From Puniceicoccaceae bacterium (GTDB lineage Bacteria; Verrucomicrobiota; Verrucomicrobiia; Opitutales; Oceanipulchritudinaceae), in contig JBFOMH010000024.1 in assembly GCA_040830765.1 (NCBI GenBank), positions 13,476-77,475 on the forward strand: a DNA stretch of 64,000 nucleotides. Direction: 5' to 3'. Under the pieces are notes generated by a model, which was given only the letters and a program-made list of their open reading frames with translations, searched no databases and had not been told where the DNA came from. The position numbers were made by a program, and so were the translations under genes. Shown here in pieces: positions 44,256-53,500 of the stretch (within the stretch, counting starts at the first letter, position 1; each line of letters starts with the position of its first letter).

Positions 44256-45488
44256 CTAAGGACCGAGCAGCAATACTTCGCCGGAAGGTTTCTGGCCGGG
44301 CTCAAAGGCATCCTCGGCCGTTATGAGGATTTCTGTCGGCGTGTATTGTGGTTCATCCACAGCATAGAAGAACGAGCCGGTGCCGTTATCCAATTCAGGC
44401 AGATAGCCTACCGGAATATAGGGATCAAGGTCACTGGCCCGTACCCACAGGAAGGCATCTCTCCCCTGGCCGGGTTGGGGAAGATTGTAAATATCAAGGA
44501 ATCCCTTCTGCTCGTCGTCCCGCCAAACGGAAAAGCCCATTGCTGAATCCCGGGTTGTACTGACGGTTTCGTCTCCGCCAAGGGAAGGAACCGTATCCGT
44601 TGAACGCGTAGTCTGGGGGATGGGATTGGAAAGACTGCTGGCACCCAGCGCAGAACCGGGATCGATGGCGGCATCAGTCGGCAATCCGGCTCCCTCGACC
44701 ACTGGACCGACAAATTCCTCACTGCCTACGCCGGCAATGTTGCCTTCGCCGGTCAGGAATCGGCCCGCCAGATCCGCAAATCCTTTGCGCGGCTGCTGGC
44801 TGTCGAACGCCTGGACATCGACCATTTCGATGACAGTGAAGCGGCTCAATCCGTCCTTCGATTCAAAGAACGGCAGGACCCGGGCGGCCAGGTGCATGTA
44901 CTCCCTTTGCCATCCGGCATTGAACTGGCGCACTTCCTTGTTTTCCGCCTCCAGCTTGGAGCGGGCCTCCATCAGCCTCTGTAATTCGGATTCCCGTTCC
45001 GTGAGTTGAGTCCGGAGTCGGGAAATACGCGCTTCAAGGGTCCTTGCATCGATATTACTGGTCGCTATGGCCTTGGCGGATTCCACAAGCCCCGGGCCTT
45101 CACTCCCACTCACCCGTGACAGAAGATCCTTTGTCCGGACACTCGATTGCCCGCCGACGATAAAGACCAGGATGAGGTTCATCATCAATAGCAGGCTGGC
45201 CGCCGCCGCCCAGATATAGCTCCAGGGAATAGCCGTTACCGGCTCCTTGGGCGAGGGGACACTTGCCTCCTCCGCACTGAGTTTTTCATGAATCCCAGCC
45301 AACAGATCCATCCGCCGCGGTCCCTCCGCTTTCCTCAATCCCGAATGGAGGCCTTCAGACAACTCATGAACGAGGTCACACAGTTCGGGCGAATTCTCCA
45401 ACTGTGCCTCGAAGTCCTTCCGCTCGCCTGATTCCAGCAGGTCGAGAACGTAAAGGGCTGCCAACTCCTCTGAGCGTGTATTAACCAT
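44256..45488 (-). CDS. RskA-like transmembrane anti-sigma factor
   Basis: ELAALYVLDLL...FE N-terminus, one TM, a coiled coil and C-terminal LW...G.L...ITAE...P; overlaps the sigma gene. Confidence 0.75.
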   Translation of the reverse strand: MVNTRSEELAALYVLDLLESGERKDFEAQLENSPELCDLVHELSEGLHSGLRKAEGPRRMDLLAGIHEKLSAEEASVPSPKEPVTAIPWSYIWAAAASLLLMMNLILVFIVGGQSSVRTKDLLSRVSGSEGPGLVESAKAIATSNIDARTLEARISRLRTQLTERESELQRLMEARSKLEAENKEVRQFNAGWQREYMHLAARVLPFFESKDGLSRFTVIEMVDVQAFDSQQPRKGFADLAGRFLTGEGNIAGVGSEEFVGPVVEGAGLPTDAAIDPGSALGASSLSNPIPQTTRSTDTVPSLGGDETVSTTRDSAMGFSVWRDDEQKGFLDIYNLPQPGQGRDAFLWVRASDLDPYIPVGYLPELDNGTGSFFYAVDEPQYTPTEILITAEDAFEPGQKPSGEVLLLGP

Positions 45489-46068
45489 CTCCCTCTAGAT
45501 ACAGTTTTCTCAAGCGCATGAGTCCGCGGCGCAAGTCCGATTTGACCGTGCCGAGCGGTTTGTCCAGTTTGTTTGAAATTTCATGATGGGTATAGCCTTC
45601 CAATAATGCCAATCCAATTATTTCCCGCTGTGAATCATTGAGCCCGGCGAGGCTTTCCTGAACCCAGCGGTACTCCAGATTCCGGTGAATCTCCGCCTTG
45701 GCATTACCTGGGGTTTTGTCCCCCACAAGCGGCATTTGTTCCGTCTTTTCCTCCGTCAAGACAGGACGGGAGCGCTTTTTCCGCAGCAGGTCGAAGGCAA
45801 GGCGTTTCCCGATTGTCACCAACCAGGCGAAGGGTGCCCCGAGTTTCGGATTGTAGCGGGTAGCATTCCGGTAGGCTTTGATGAATGTATCCTGCAGGAC
45901 TTCCTCCGCTTCAAAATCGTCATTGACGATTCGCCTGAATAGACTCAGCAGCGGAAGGTGATAGAGACTATACAAGGCGTCGAGAGCTTCCATTTCCCCG
46001 TCCGCCATTTTTACAATCCACGAGGCAGCCAGCTTGTCTTCGGCACTGAATCTGGGGGGGAGTTTCAT
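45481..46068 (-). CDS. ECF sigma factor (SigK-like)
   Basis: AEEVLQDTF, AWL..I region 2 and GYTHHEIS...PLGTVKS region 4; ATG 46068 overlaps the MauE stop. Confidence 0.9.
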   Translation of the reverse strand: MKLPPRFSAEDKLAASWIVKMADGEMEALDALYSLYHLPLLSLFRRIVNDDFEAEEVLQDTFIKAYRNATRYNPKLGAPFAWLVTIGKRLAFDLLRKKRSRPVLTEEKTEQMPLVGDKTPGNAKAEIHRNLEYRWVQESLAGLNDSQREIIGLALLEGYTHHEISNKLDKPLGTVKSDLRRGLMRLRKLYLEGDG

Positions 46069-46475
46069 TTCGAGCGCTTTTCCAGCCAGGCAATCACTGC
46101 CAATGCGGCCATTAGGCCAAGGTTCCTTAACAAGGCCATGGACACGCCCGACTCCCCAATTGTTCCAAGACACCCACATTTAATGTCCAGACCCCTCACC
46201 AGGGCGCTGAACAAGGCCACCTGGAAAAAACAGAGCAGCCCGAAAAGCAGCCATGTGGCGGCCAGCCGCAGTCTCGGCATAACCAGTCCCAAGGCCCAGA
46301 TGACCTCACTCCATGGAAGCCACAAAGCGGCGAGAGCGGCCCAATGGACACCAACGATCCGATAACGGAGGATGGATTGTGCGAAAGCATCGGGTTCGGC
46401 CAACTTGCCGAGACCAGCAAGAAGGAAGAATCCCCCTGCCAGGATTATCAGGAGCCATCGAATCCAGGTTTTCAT
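46065..46475 (-). CDS. MauE/DoxX-family redox membrane protein
   Basis: AGLGKL.EP..F, LPWSE, RGLDIKCGCLG and RNL motifs. Confidence 0.85.
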   Translation of the reverse strand: MKTWIRWLLIILAGGFFLLAGLGKLAEPDAFAQSILRYRIVGVHWAALAALWLPWSEVIWALGLVMPRLRLAATWLLFGLLCFFQVALFSALVRGLDIKCGCLGTIGESGVSMALLRNLGLMAALAVIAWLEKRSK

Positions 46476-46888
46476 CAGTTGGAAGCCCCTTTCAATTTCT
46501 CCCAACCTCCAATGAGCCAATAGACCCGCTCCTCAGCGAGCACCTCCCTGAGCTCCGCGGCCAGGGCCTGGCTGCTTTCACACGCTTCACCATCGCAATA
46601 GACAATGATGCTCATCTCCGGGTCCCAATTCTCCAGGAGGCGCGCCAAGCCATTGTCAAAGTCGTCATGACTCATGTGAAGCGCTCCTTCCAGATGCTCC
46701 TCCTCGTACATCCTCTCTGCCCGGGCATCAACCCACAGAACGGGACTGATGGCCTGGGCCGCCTCGAGGGTCAATCCCCAGCCGTCGCTCTTCGGAGTTG
46801 GGTCCGGCAGTCCGAGGAACAGTCCCTGGCCGACGGCAAATCCAGTAGCCAGCAACAGCAAAATCAACATGCGGCGAATGAGATTCAC
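46475..46888 (-). CDS. Exported/anchored rhodanese-like protein
   Basis: N-terminal hydrophobic segment, WVDAR...Y..EHLEGA, YCDGEAC and LIGGW. Confidence 0.85.
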   Translation of the reverse strand: MNLIRRMLILLLLATGFAVGQGLFLGLPDPTPKSDGWGLTLEAAQAISPVLWVDARAERMYEEEHLEGALHMSHDDFDNGLARLLENWDPEMSIIVYCDGEACESSQALAAELREVLAEERVYWLIGGWEKLKGASN

Positions 46889-46965
46889 AGTGTCAGCTAA
46901 GTCGATGAAACCGTACTTGGCAAGTGGACTGAACCTATTCTCCGGCCTGCCCTAGCCTTTTGCCT

Positions 46966-46991
46966 TGAAACAATCGGCATTACGGGGCGTT
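46966..46991 (+). promoter_or_regulatory. ECF (SigW-like) promoter TGAAAC-N16-CGTT
   Basis: TGAAAC at 46966-46971, 16-nt spacer, CGTT at 46988-46991, ending 36 bp before an ECF sigma gene. Confidence 0.65.
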
Positions 46992-47027
46992 CTAATTGCC
47001 ATATGAGCGGCCCGAACCCTAAGCATT

Positions 47028-47582
47028 GTGGCTGAATCACAGACGGATCCGGACCCCAGTGCAGAACTGATGCTTCAACTGCGCCAAGGTAATGAAGCGG
47101 CTTTCGACCAGTTGGTTGAACGCTGGCAGTCGCCCCTAATCAATTTTTTCTACCGGTCCCTATCTTCCTATGAGCAGGCTGAGGACCTTACCCAGATGGT
47201 CTTTGTCCGTCTTTACCGGGCCGCACCCAATTACGAACCGAGGGCCAAGTTCAGTACCTTCCTCTTCCAGATTGCCCGGCGCTTGCTCATCAACGAGTTC
47301 CGCCGCAGCCAGCGCAAACCACTGGACCCATGGGATCCTGCGGACTTGCATGCGGTCACCAGCGGACGCAACCAACAACGCTACACGGAAATTGAGGAGG
47401 CTTTTGAGCAGGCCCTGAAAAAGCTCCCTGAAAACCAGCGGACTGCTATCCTGCTCCTGAAACAACAGGAATTGAGCTATCAGGAAATCGCCGCCGCCAT
47501 GGAGGCCACCGAAAGTGCCGTCAAGACATGGATTTACAGGGCCCGGCAATTCTTGAAACAAGAACTAAAAGATCTGGTTTAA
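47028..47582 (+). CDS. ECF sigma factor (SigE/SigW-like)
   Basis: AEDLTQMVF, KFSTFLFQIA and LSYQEIA...AVKTWIYRAR. Confidence 0.9.
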   Translation: MAESQTDPDPSAELMLQLRQGNEAAFDQLVERWQSPLINFFYRSLSSYEQAEDLTQMVFVRLYRAAPNYEPRAKFSTFLFQIARRLLINEFRRSQRKPLDPWDPADLHAVTSGRNQQRYTEIEEAFEQALKKLPENQRTAILLLKQQELSYQEIAAAMEATESAVKTWIYRARQFLKQELKDLV

Positions 47583-47597
47583 CTAACTGAAAGGCAT

Positions 47598-48098
47598 ATG
47601 GAGAATAAGCATTCAGAACACGACAAGGCACTGAGCCAGTTCGACCAGTGGCTGCGGCAAAACCGTGTCCAGCCAAGGGCAGACCTGCTCCATCGTGTCC
47701 GGGAACAGCTGCAAGCAGGTTCCGGGGACTTTGATGGCCTTCTGGGTGAGATGCTCCAATGTGACACCCGATTGCGGGATCCCGACATGGTCCGGAAAGT
47801 CCGCCTTCGCCTGAAGGCAGACGACCGGGTAAAAGGGAAGGTGGCCTGGTTTGACTGGTTGGCGCCCCTGGCGGCCGCTGCCACACTGACCATCGCCTTC
47901 GTTAGTTTCCAGACAAACGCCCCGGAGGGCTTGTTCCCGCAAGACGAGCAGCCCAATGGACTAACCATGAACGTGAATTCCGCTCCACAACTCGATTCCA
48001 GCGTCACTCAGATATTTGCCCTGGCGACCAACCTCCAGGGCGGAACGGATATGACGAAGCTTGAATCGGTTGAGGAACTGGCCTTTCTTTTTGATTAA
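47598..48098 (+). CDS. Putative single-TM anti-sigma factor
   Basis: Directly downstream of the ECF sigma; cytoplasmic helical N-terminus plus one TM. Confidence 0.6.
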   Translation: MENKHSEHDKALSQFDQWLRQNRVQPRADLLHRVREQLQAGSGDFDGLLGEMLQCDTRLRDPDMVRKVRLRLKADDRVKGKVAWFDWLAPLAAAATLTIAFVSFQTNAPEGLFPQDEQPNGLTMNVNSAPQLDSSVTQIFALATNLQGGTDMTKLESVEELAFLFD

Positions 48099-48703
48099 TG
48101 CCTTTGGGTGTCCGGAACCATAGCCTCCCCTTGATCCTTTTCCTCCTCCTGGCGGGAATGGGTCCCATCGCTTTTGCCCAATCCCCACAGCGCCCGGCCG
48201 ACCTTCCGGAACCTCCCCCCCTTCCGCCATCGCTTGAGGGACGCCCAATGGAGCCTCCTCCCGACCTTCCGGACTTCTCCGAATTGCAGGAACAACTGCG
48301 TCAATTGCAGGAACTTCTCTCCATGCCTCCGGAAAAACTGCGCAAACTCCGCCAAACCATCGAATTCATCGAGAAAATGTCCCCTTCGGAAAGGGATGCC
48401 ATGCACATTCGGCTGAGCCAGATTACCCAGGCCACACCGGAACTGAAGGACGAAATCAACCACCTCGCCAGACGCCTTCCCGCCAATATGCAAGCCTCCC
48501 TTTCCCAGTTCTGGTATGCTTCCTCCCCCGAGGAACGCACTTCTATCCGGGCAGAATTGAAGAAACTTCCTCCAGAGGAAGGATCCGCTTTCCTCTCCGA
48601 AAAGGTATCGGCCTTCATCCAGCACAGGGACGAGGTTTTTGCCCGCATGCGGCAATCCCTGGAACAGAGACGGGATTCCAAGCGACCGCCTTCTGAACCG
48701 TGA
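48098..48703 (+). CDS. Exported helical protein (DUF3106-like accessory protein)
   Basis: Signal peptide, Pro-rich linker and repeated MPPE/MSPSER/SSPEER/LPPEE helical units; TAATG coupling. Confidence 0.65.
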   Translation: MPLGVRNHSLPLILFLLLAGMGPIAFAQSPQRPADLPEPPPLPPSLEGRPMEPPPDLPDFSELQEQLRQLQELLSMPPEKLRKLRQTIEFIEKMSPSERDAMHIRLSQITQATPELKDEINHLARRLPANMQASLSQFWYASSPEERTSIRAELKKLPPEEGSAFLSEKVSAFIQHRDEVFARMRQSLEQRRDSKRPPSEP

Positions 48704-48849
48704 GCCCCGGCGGCGTAACCCCACCTCCTAATCCTTACACCCCGGGGGTTATATTTTACAAATAAAGCAATTGTGTAAATAAATTATCAAAAGCACATGG
48801 ATTTGGCTTGAGAAAGCCCCTCTTCTAGGCGAAAAAAGGATACTTACTT

Positions 48850-48965
48850 TTGGCAAGCGATAGGCCAATGGACCGAAAGGTCCAGAGTTAAGACAGCGAC
48901 AGAGACAGGGCATGATTTATTTCATTGCCCCAAAGCCACCTGAGAAATCGGGTGGCTTTGACTTT
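48850..48965 (+). ncRNA. Candidate structured small RNA or leader RNA ending in an intrinsic terminator
   Basis: GAAA-capped hairpin at 48869-48884, three GACAG units, hairpin at 48908-48930 and terminator at 48931-48965 in an ORF-free gap. The 5' end is approximate. Confidence 0.45.
48931..48965 (+). terminator. Rho-independent terminator
   Basis: CAAAGCCACC-TGAGAAATCG-GGTGGCTTTG followed by ACTTT. Confidence 0.65.
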
Positions 48966-49015
48966 ATCAGCAGGACTCCAGAACCCCGATAAAGGAAAAA
49001 ATTGCCCCACATTGA

Positions 49016-49041
49016 GGAAACTTTTCAGGGAGGCGCTTGTT
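49016..49041 (+). promoter_or_regulatory. Second ECF-like promoter GGAAAC-N16-TGTT upstream of the FKBP gene
   Basis: Same GAAAC-N17-GTT geometry as the site at 46966-46991. Confidence 0.45.
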
Positions 49042-49093
49042 TAAGGATTCGGGAATTGACCCCTTATAAACCCTCTGTAACAACATTCCGTCT

Positions 49094-49984
49094 ATGAGTA
49101 AACGACCGTATATGCGACCCGCTCCGCTGCTGGCGGCTTCGGTAGCGTCCCTTCTGGCTTGGACCGCGGTTATTGCTGAGGATGAAGCTCCGGAACCGAC
49201 TCCGGCAGTGGATACTTCCGAGGCATTCCGCGCCATGGGTTATGCCATGGCTTCCCAGCTCCGGCTGAACATTGGTTTCTCGGAAGAGGAACTCAGCCAA
49301 GTGTTTGAAGGCATGCGACTGGCAGCCAATGGCGAATCCGAGCCGGAAAACTTCAAGGAAGCTGTGCAAAGCGCCCAGCAGATCTACATGACCCGAATGC
49401 AGGCCTTTCAGGCAGTCGAGCAGGAACGGGCCAAGGAGGTAGCTGATGCCAACAAGGCTGAGGCTGCTGAATTGTTCGCATCCCTCGATGGGAAGGAAGG
49501 CGTCATGAAGACCGAATCCGGTCTTTACTACGAAATGCTTGTCGAAGGCACCGGTAAAACTCCCGGCCCCAATGACCGGGTCAGGGTCAACTACAGTGGT
49601 GTCCTTGTCGATGGAACGCAATTCGACGCCAACAACGGAGCTGACTTCATGGTCGGCCGGGTTGTCCCAGGATTTGGGGAAGGCCTCCAGCTCCTCAAGG
49701 AAGGGGGCAAAATCAAGCTCTACATTCCTTCGGAACTTGGATACGGAGACCGCCCGTCACGCCCCGGATCAGTCATTGAACCTGGCGATGCCTTGATTTT
49801 CGAGGTGGAACTGTTGACGGTCATCGAGGTGCCGCAACCACCTTCCGGCCCGCCGCCAACGCTTCCCCCGAACCTGAAGCCGCCGCCTCCGCCGCCGTCT
49901 GGCCCGCCTCCGGGACCACCGCCGAGCGCGACGCCTCCCACACCTCCGACCGGGGAAATTCCCCCTCCGCCCAGCGGAAGCTAG
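49094..49984 (+). CDS. Exported FKBP-type peptidyl-prolyl isomerase (FkpA-like) with a Pro-rich tail
   Basis: Signal peptide, TESGLYY, VNYSG.LVDGTQFD, VVPGFGEGL, IPSELGYG and LIFEVELL. Confidence 0.92.
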   Translation: MSKRPYMRPAPLLAASVASLLAWTAVIAEDEAPEPTPAVDTSEAFRAMGYAMASQLRLNIGFSEEELSQVFEGMRLAANGESEPENFKEAVQSAQQIYMTRMQAFQAVEQERAKEVADANKAEAAELFASLDGKEGVMKTESGLYYEMLVEGTGKTPGPNDRVRVNYSGVLVDGTQFDANNGADFMVGRVVPGFGEGLQLLKEGGKIKLYIPSELGYGDRPSRPGSVIEPGDALIFEVELLTVIEVPQPPSGPPPTLPPNLKPPPPPPSGPPPGPPPSATPPTPPTGEIPPPPSGS

Positions 49985-50015
49985 GTCGGTTCAGGTGACC
50001 TAATGATCTTTCATC

Positions 50016-50048
50016 AACGGCATCCTATTAAAGGGTGCCGTTTTTTTT
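50016..50048 (+). terminator. Rho-independent terminator after the FKBP gene
   Basis: AACGGCATCCT-ATTAA-AGGGTGCCGTT followed by a T run. Confidence 0.85.
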
Positions 50049-50122
50049 CGGTAGAGCTTGCCACCGATACTAAAATTTCTCTAATACTATACTTAATACT
50101 ATTTAGTTTTTCTTATAGCAAA

Positions 50123-51604
50123 ATGTCATTGCCATTCCCAGAACTGACTGCCCAGGAAGCAGCGGAACTTATTCAAGATGGAAACACCGTTGGATTCAGC
50201 GGGTTCACGCCGGCTGGAGCAGCGAAGGCAATTCCGCGGGCCATTGCAGAGCGGGCCAAGGAGGAGCATGCAGCGGGGCGTCCATTCAAGATTGGGGTCA
50301 TCACCGGCGCCTCGACCGGCGAGTCCCTCGACGGTGCCCTTGCAGGGGCCAAAGCAGTCGCCTGGCGAACCCCTTATCAATCGAACGCAACCTTGCGAAA
50401 ATCGATCAACACCGGGGAGACCCAGTTTTTCGACATGCACCTGTCGCTCCTGCAACAATGGGTTCGTTACGGATTCCTCGGAAAAGTTCATTGTGCCATC
50501 GTGGAGGCGGCTCAGGTCACCGCGGACGGGGAAATCACACTGACAACGAGTGTTGGGGCAACAAACACCTTCCTGCACCAGGCAGACAAGGTCCTTATCG
50601 AGGTCAACGCCCAGCACCCGCGGCGACTGTACGGTTTCCATGACATTTTTGAGCCGGACGATCCGCCTGTGCGCCGGGAGATCCCCATCTATTCAACCCG
50701 GCAACGCTGTGGCGAACCGGTAGTCAGGATTGATCCCTCCAAGATCGCTGGGATCGTCTATACCGACGAACTGGATGAAGTTGGATCCTTCAAGGATCCG
50801 GATGCCGTAACGAGGAAAATTGGCCAGAACGTGGCCGACTTCCTTGCCGGGGAAATCCGCGCGAACCGAATTCCCGCATCCTTCCTGCCTATCCAGAGCG
50901 GTGTCGGCAACATCGCCAACGCCGTGCTTGGGGCCATGGGAGAACACCCGGAGATTCCCTGCTTCGAGATGTTTTCGGAAGTCATCCAGGATAGTGTCAT
51001 TTCCCTGATGGATGCCGGTAATTTATCTTATGCCAGCGGGACCTCCCTGACGGTAAGTCCAGCTGTTCTGAAGAAAATCTACGACAACCTCGATTTCTTC
51101 CGCCGCCGGATGGTATTGCGTCCGCAGGAGATCACCAACAATCCTGAACTGGTCCGCCGCTTGGGGATTATTTCCATCAACACCGCCATTGAAGTGGACG
51201 TCTTCGGCAATGTGAATTCAACCCACATCATGGGGAATGACATGATGAATGGGATTGGAGGCAGTGGTGATTTCACCCGGAATGCCTATATTTCTATCTT
51301 TACCTGCCCCAGTACCGCCAAGGGAGGGAAGATCACCCCCATCGTTCCTCTGTGTAGCCACCTCGACCACAGCGAGCACTCAGTCCAGGTTGTCGTCACG
51401 GAACAGGGAATTGCCGACCTTCGTGGCAAGGATCCCCTCACCAGGGCCAAGGAGATCGTCAAGAACTGTGCCCATCCGGACTATCGGGATGAATTGTCGA
51501 CCTACCTCAAGGATGTTGTTGGGGGCCATACACCGCAGTCTTTGAACCGGGCTTTCACCTTCCACCAGCGTTTCCTCGAGACCGGTTCCATGCTGCAGCC
51601 GTAA
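50123..51604 (+). CDS. Acetyl-CoA hydrolase / succinate:acetate CoA-transferase
   Basis: FSGFTPAG, TGAST, QSGVGNIAN, SEVIQD and MNGIGGSGDF.RNA; start at ATG 50123. Confidence 0.92.
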   Translation: MSLPFPELTAQEAAELIQDGNTVGFSGFTPAGAAKAIPRAIAERAKEEHAAGRPFKIGVITGASTGESLDGALAGAKAVAWRTPYQSNATLRKSINTGETQFFDMHLSLLQQWVRYGFLGKVHCAIVEAAQVTADGEITLTTSVGATNTFLHQADKVLIEVNAQHPRRLYGFHDIFEPDDPPVRREIPIYSTRQRCGEPVVRIDPSKIAGIVYTDELDEVGSFKDPDAVTRKIGQNVADFLAGEIRANRIPASFLPIQSGVGNIANAVLGAMGEHPEIPCFEMFSEVIQDSVISLMDAGNLSYASGTSLTVSPAVLKKIYDNLDFFRRRMVLRPQEITNNPELVRRLGIISINTAIEVDVFGNVNSTHIMGNDMMNGIGGSGDFTRNAYISIFTCPSTAKGGKITPIVPLCSHLDHSEHSVQVVVTEQGIADLRGKDPLTRAKEIVKNCAHPDYRDELSTYLKDVVGGHTPQSLNRAFTFHQRFLETGSMLQP

Positions 51605-51608
51605 GGGA

Positions 51609-52787
51609 TTACCGGTCCTTCAACAGCCGGATCCGCCGGTGCTTTTGCGGAAACTGCAGGGTGACCAGCGTCCCTACCGAAGGGCGGCTGTCGATGCCTA
51701 TCTGCCCTCCATGGTCCCGCATGATACGCTCGACGATCATCATTCCGAGACCATGCCCTTCACGCTTGGTACTGAAATAGGGCTGAAAGACTTTGCGGAG
51801 ATTCTCTTGGGGTATCCCCTCTCCGGTATCTCCAATCTGGATGTAGACAAACTCATCATCCGCGAAAGCCCGGATTTTGATAATGCCCCCGGCGGTCATG
51901 GCTTGGCGAGCATTCTTGATGATATTGAAAAACACTTGTTTGACTTGATCCCTGTCCCCCTGGACCAAGGGAAGACTTGAGTCCAACTCGATGTCCACGC
52001 GAACACCGGCCCCTTCCAGTTCAGGACCAAGAAACTCAATGGACTCTTCCAAGGGGGCAATGACATCCATATCATGAAGATCGGGCTCACGTGGCCGGAC
52101 GGCTTCCAGAAAGTGGGTGATGATGCTATCCAGCCGCTCGACTTCACCAGCACAGACCTCCATCGATTTGCCCAGCTTTTCCAGGCCGTCCGTTTGCTTC
52201 ATCTTCTGCAGCTGCCGCTGCATGACCTGCAGGTGGATATTGAGTGAATTAAGGGGATTACCGAGCTCATGGGCAACGCCCGCCGCCAGCTCAAGAATCG
52301 AGTTTACCCGTTCATCCTCAATCTCCTGCCGGGTCCGGTCCTGCTCCTGGGTGATGTCGGAGAGAATGACCGCATAGCGCGCCAACTGGACTTTTTCCCG
52401 GGGTTCCTCGATGGGGACTAGATACAACCGGACGATGCGTCGTTGCGGATAAGTCAGCTCAATTTCCCTCGAGATGTTGGCTTCCTCGATGAGGATGCCT
52501 TTTTCACTCATGCGCAGGGTCCGGGCAAGGTCGGGAACAGCCCGCCAGAGGCTCAGATTGCCAATGTCGCGCTCGGCAATCCCCAGCATGTCCCGCGACG
52601 AAGGGTTGGCGTATTCCACCATACCCGAAGACTCGACAACGATTATACCCTCCCGGATGGTGTTCATCACCATGTTCAAAAGGTGGCGTTCCCGGGCTAA
52701 TCGCGAAATCAGATTCGCCTTGCTGGCCGCATCAAGCTCATCAACGCGGTCAATCAGGCTGCCGAGGGGATCAATCCGGGTCTTCAT
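51609..52787 (-). CDS. Cytoplasmic PAS-domain sensor histidine kinase
   Basis: PAS-like region, H-box AHELGNPL, N-box NIIKNA, DTGEG, FSTK and GHGLG; no TM segment. Confidence 0.9.
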   Translation of the reverse strand: MKTRIDPLGSLIDRVDELDAASKANLISRLARERHLLNMVMNTIREGIIVVESSGMVEYANPSSRDMLGIAERDIGNLSLWRAVPDLARTLRMSEKGILIEEANISREIELTYPQRRIVRLYLVPIEEPREKVQLARYAVILSDITQEQDRTRQEIEDERVNSILELAAGVAHELGNPLNSLNIHLQVMQRQLQKMKQTDGLEKLGKSMEVCAGEVERLDSIITHFLEAVRPREPDLHDMDVIAPLEESIEFLGPELEGAGVRVDIELDSSLPLVQGDRDQVKQVFFNIIKNARQAMTAGGIIKIRAFADDEFVYIQIGDTGEGIPQENLRKVFQPYFSTKREGHGLGMMIVERIMRDHGGQIGIDSRPSVGTLVTLQFPQKHRRIRLLKDR

Positions 52788-52789
52788 CT

Positions 52790-53470
52790 TCAAGATGGGG
52801 TCGATCTGCAGGTCGACCCGGAGGAGGGCAGATCCCGGGCAAACAGTTCAATCAGCTCCATGGCCAAATGCTCCTTGGCCAAGGGTCCCATTGGGAGGCG
52901 GCGCCCATCCCGGCAAAAAACAATGACGGAATTATCGTCCCGTTCGAAAGCACTGGCCTCGCCTCCGATGGAATTGGCCACAATGTAATCGGCGTTCTTC
53001 ACCTCCAGCTTCTTCAGGGCATACTCCTCAAGGTTGTTGGTTTCGGCCGCGAATCCGACAATCAACTGGTGCTGCTTGTCCTTGGCAACGGTGGCCAGAA
53101 CATCAACCACGGGTTCCATTTCAATGACCATTTCCAATTCGAACTTCTTGATCTTGTGATCTGCCACAGTCTTGGGCCGGTAGTCCATGATCGCCGCGGT
53201 CATGATCAGCACATCGCACTGTTGAAAAAGCCCCTGGACGGCATCAAACATCTCCGCCCCCGTGACCACCCGTTGCACCTGAACGTTCTCAGGATCCGGC
53301 AAGGCGACCGGTCCGGTCACCAGGTCGACATGCCATCCCTGCGCTGCTGCTGCCCGCGCAAGGGCAAATCCCATCTTGCCGCTCGAGGGATTACTGAGGA
53401 AACGTACGGGATCGAAGAATTCCCGGGTCGGACCGGCCGTTACCAGGCATCGAATGGGGCTTGCCTTCAT
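52790..53470 (-). CDS. coaB: Phosphopantothenate-cysteine ligase (stand-alone CoaB domain)
   Basis: [35 protein letters not shown] and IVAN; no CoaC flavoprotein domain. Confidence 0.88.
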   Translation of the reverse strand: MKASPIRCLVTAGPTREFFDPVRFLSNPSSGKMGFALARAAAAQGWHVDLVTGPVALPDPENVQVQRVVTGAEMFDAVQGLFQQCDVLIMTAAIMDYRPKTVADHKIKKFELEMVIEMEPVVDVLATVAKDKQHQLIVGFAAETNNLEEYALKKLEVKNADYIVANSIGGEASAFERDDNSVIVFCRDGRRLPMGPLAKEHLAMELIELFARDLPSSGSTCRSTPS

Positions 53471-53500
53471 ATGCAATTGTTAAACCATCCATGACCACAT

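Noticed and set aside
47003..47035. 10-codon upstream ORF overlapping the ECF sigma start
   Set aside because: Too short to support, with no informative codon content; could be chance.
48863..48892. c-di-GMP-I (GEMM) riboswitch
   Set aside because: The GAAA hairpin flanked by GGCCAA and GAGTTAAG resembles GEMM P2, but the GGCAAA/GACGCAAAG consensus and the P3 receptor stem are absent. Kept only as an unknown RNA candidate.
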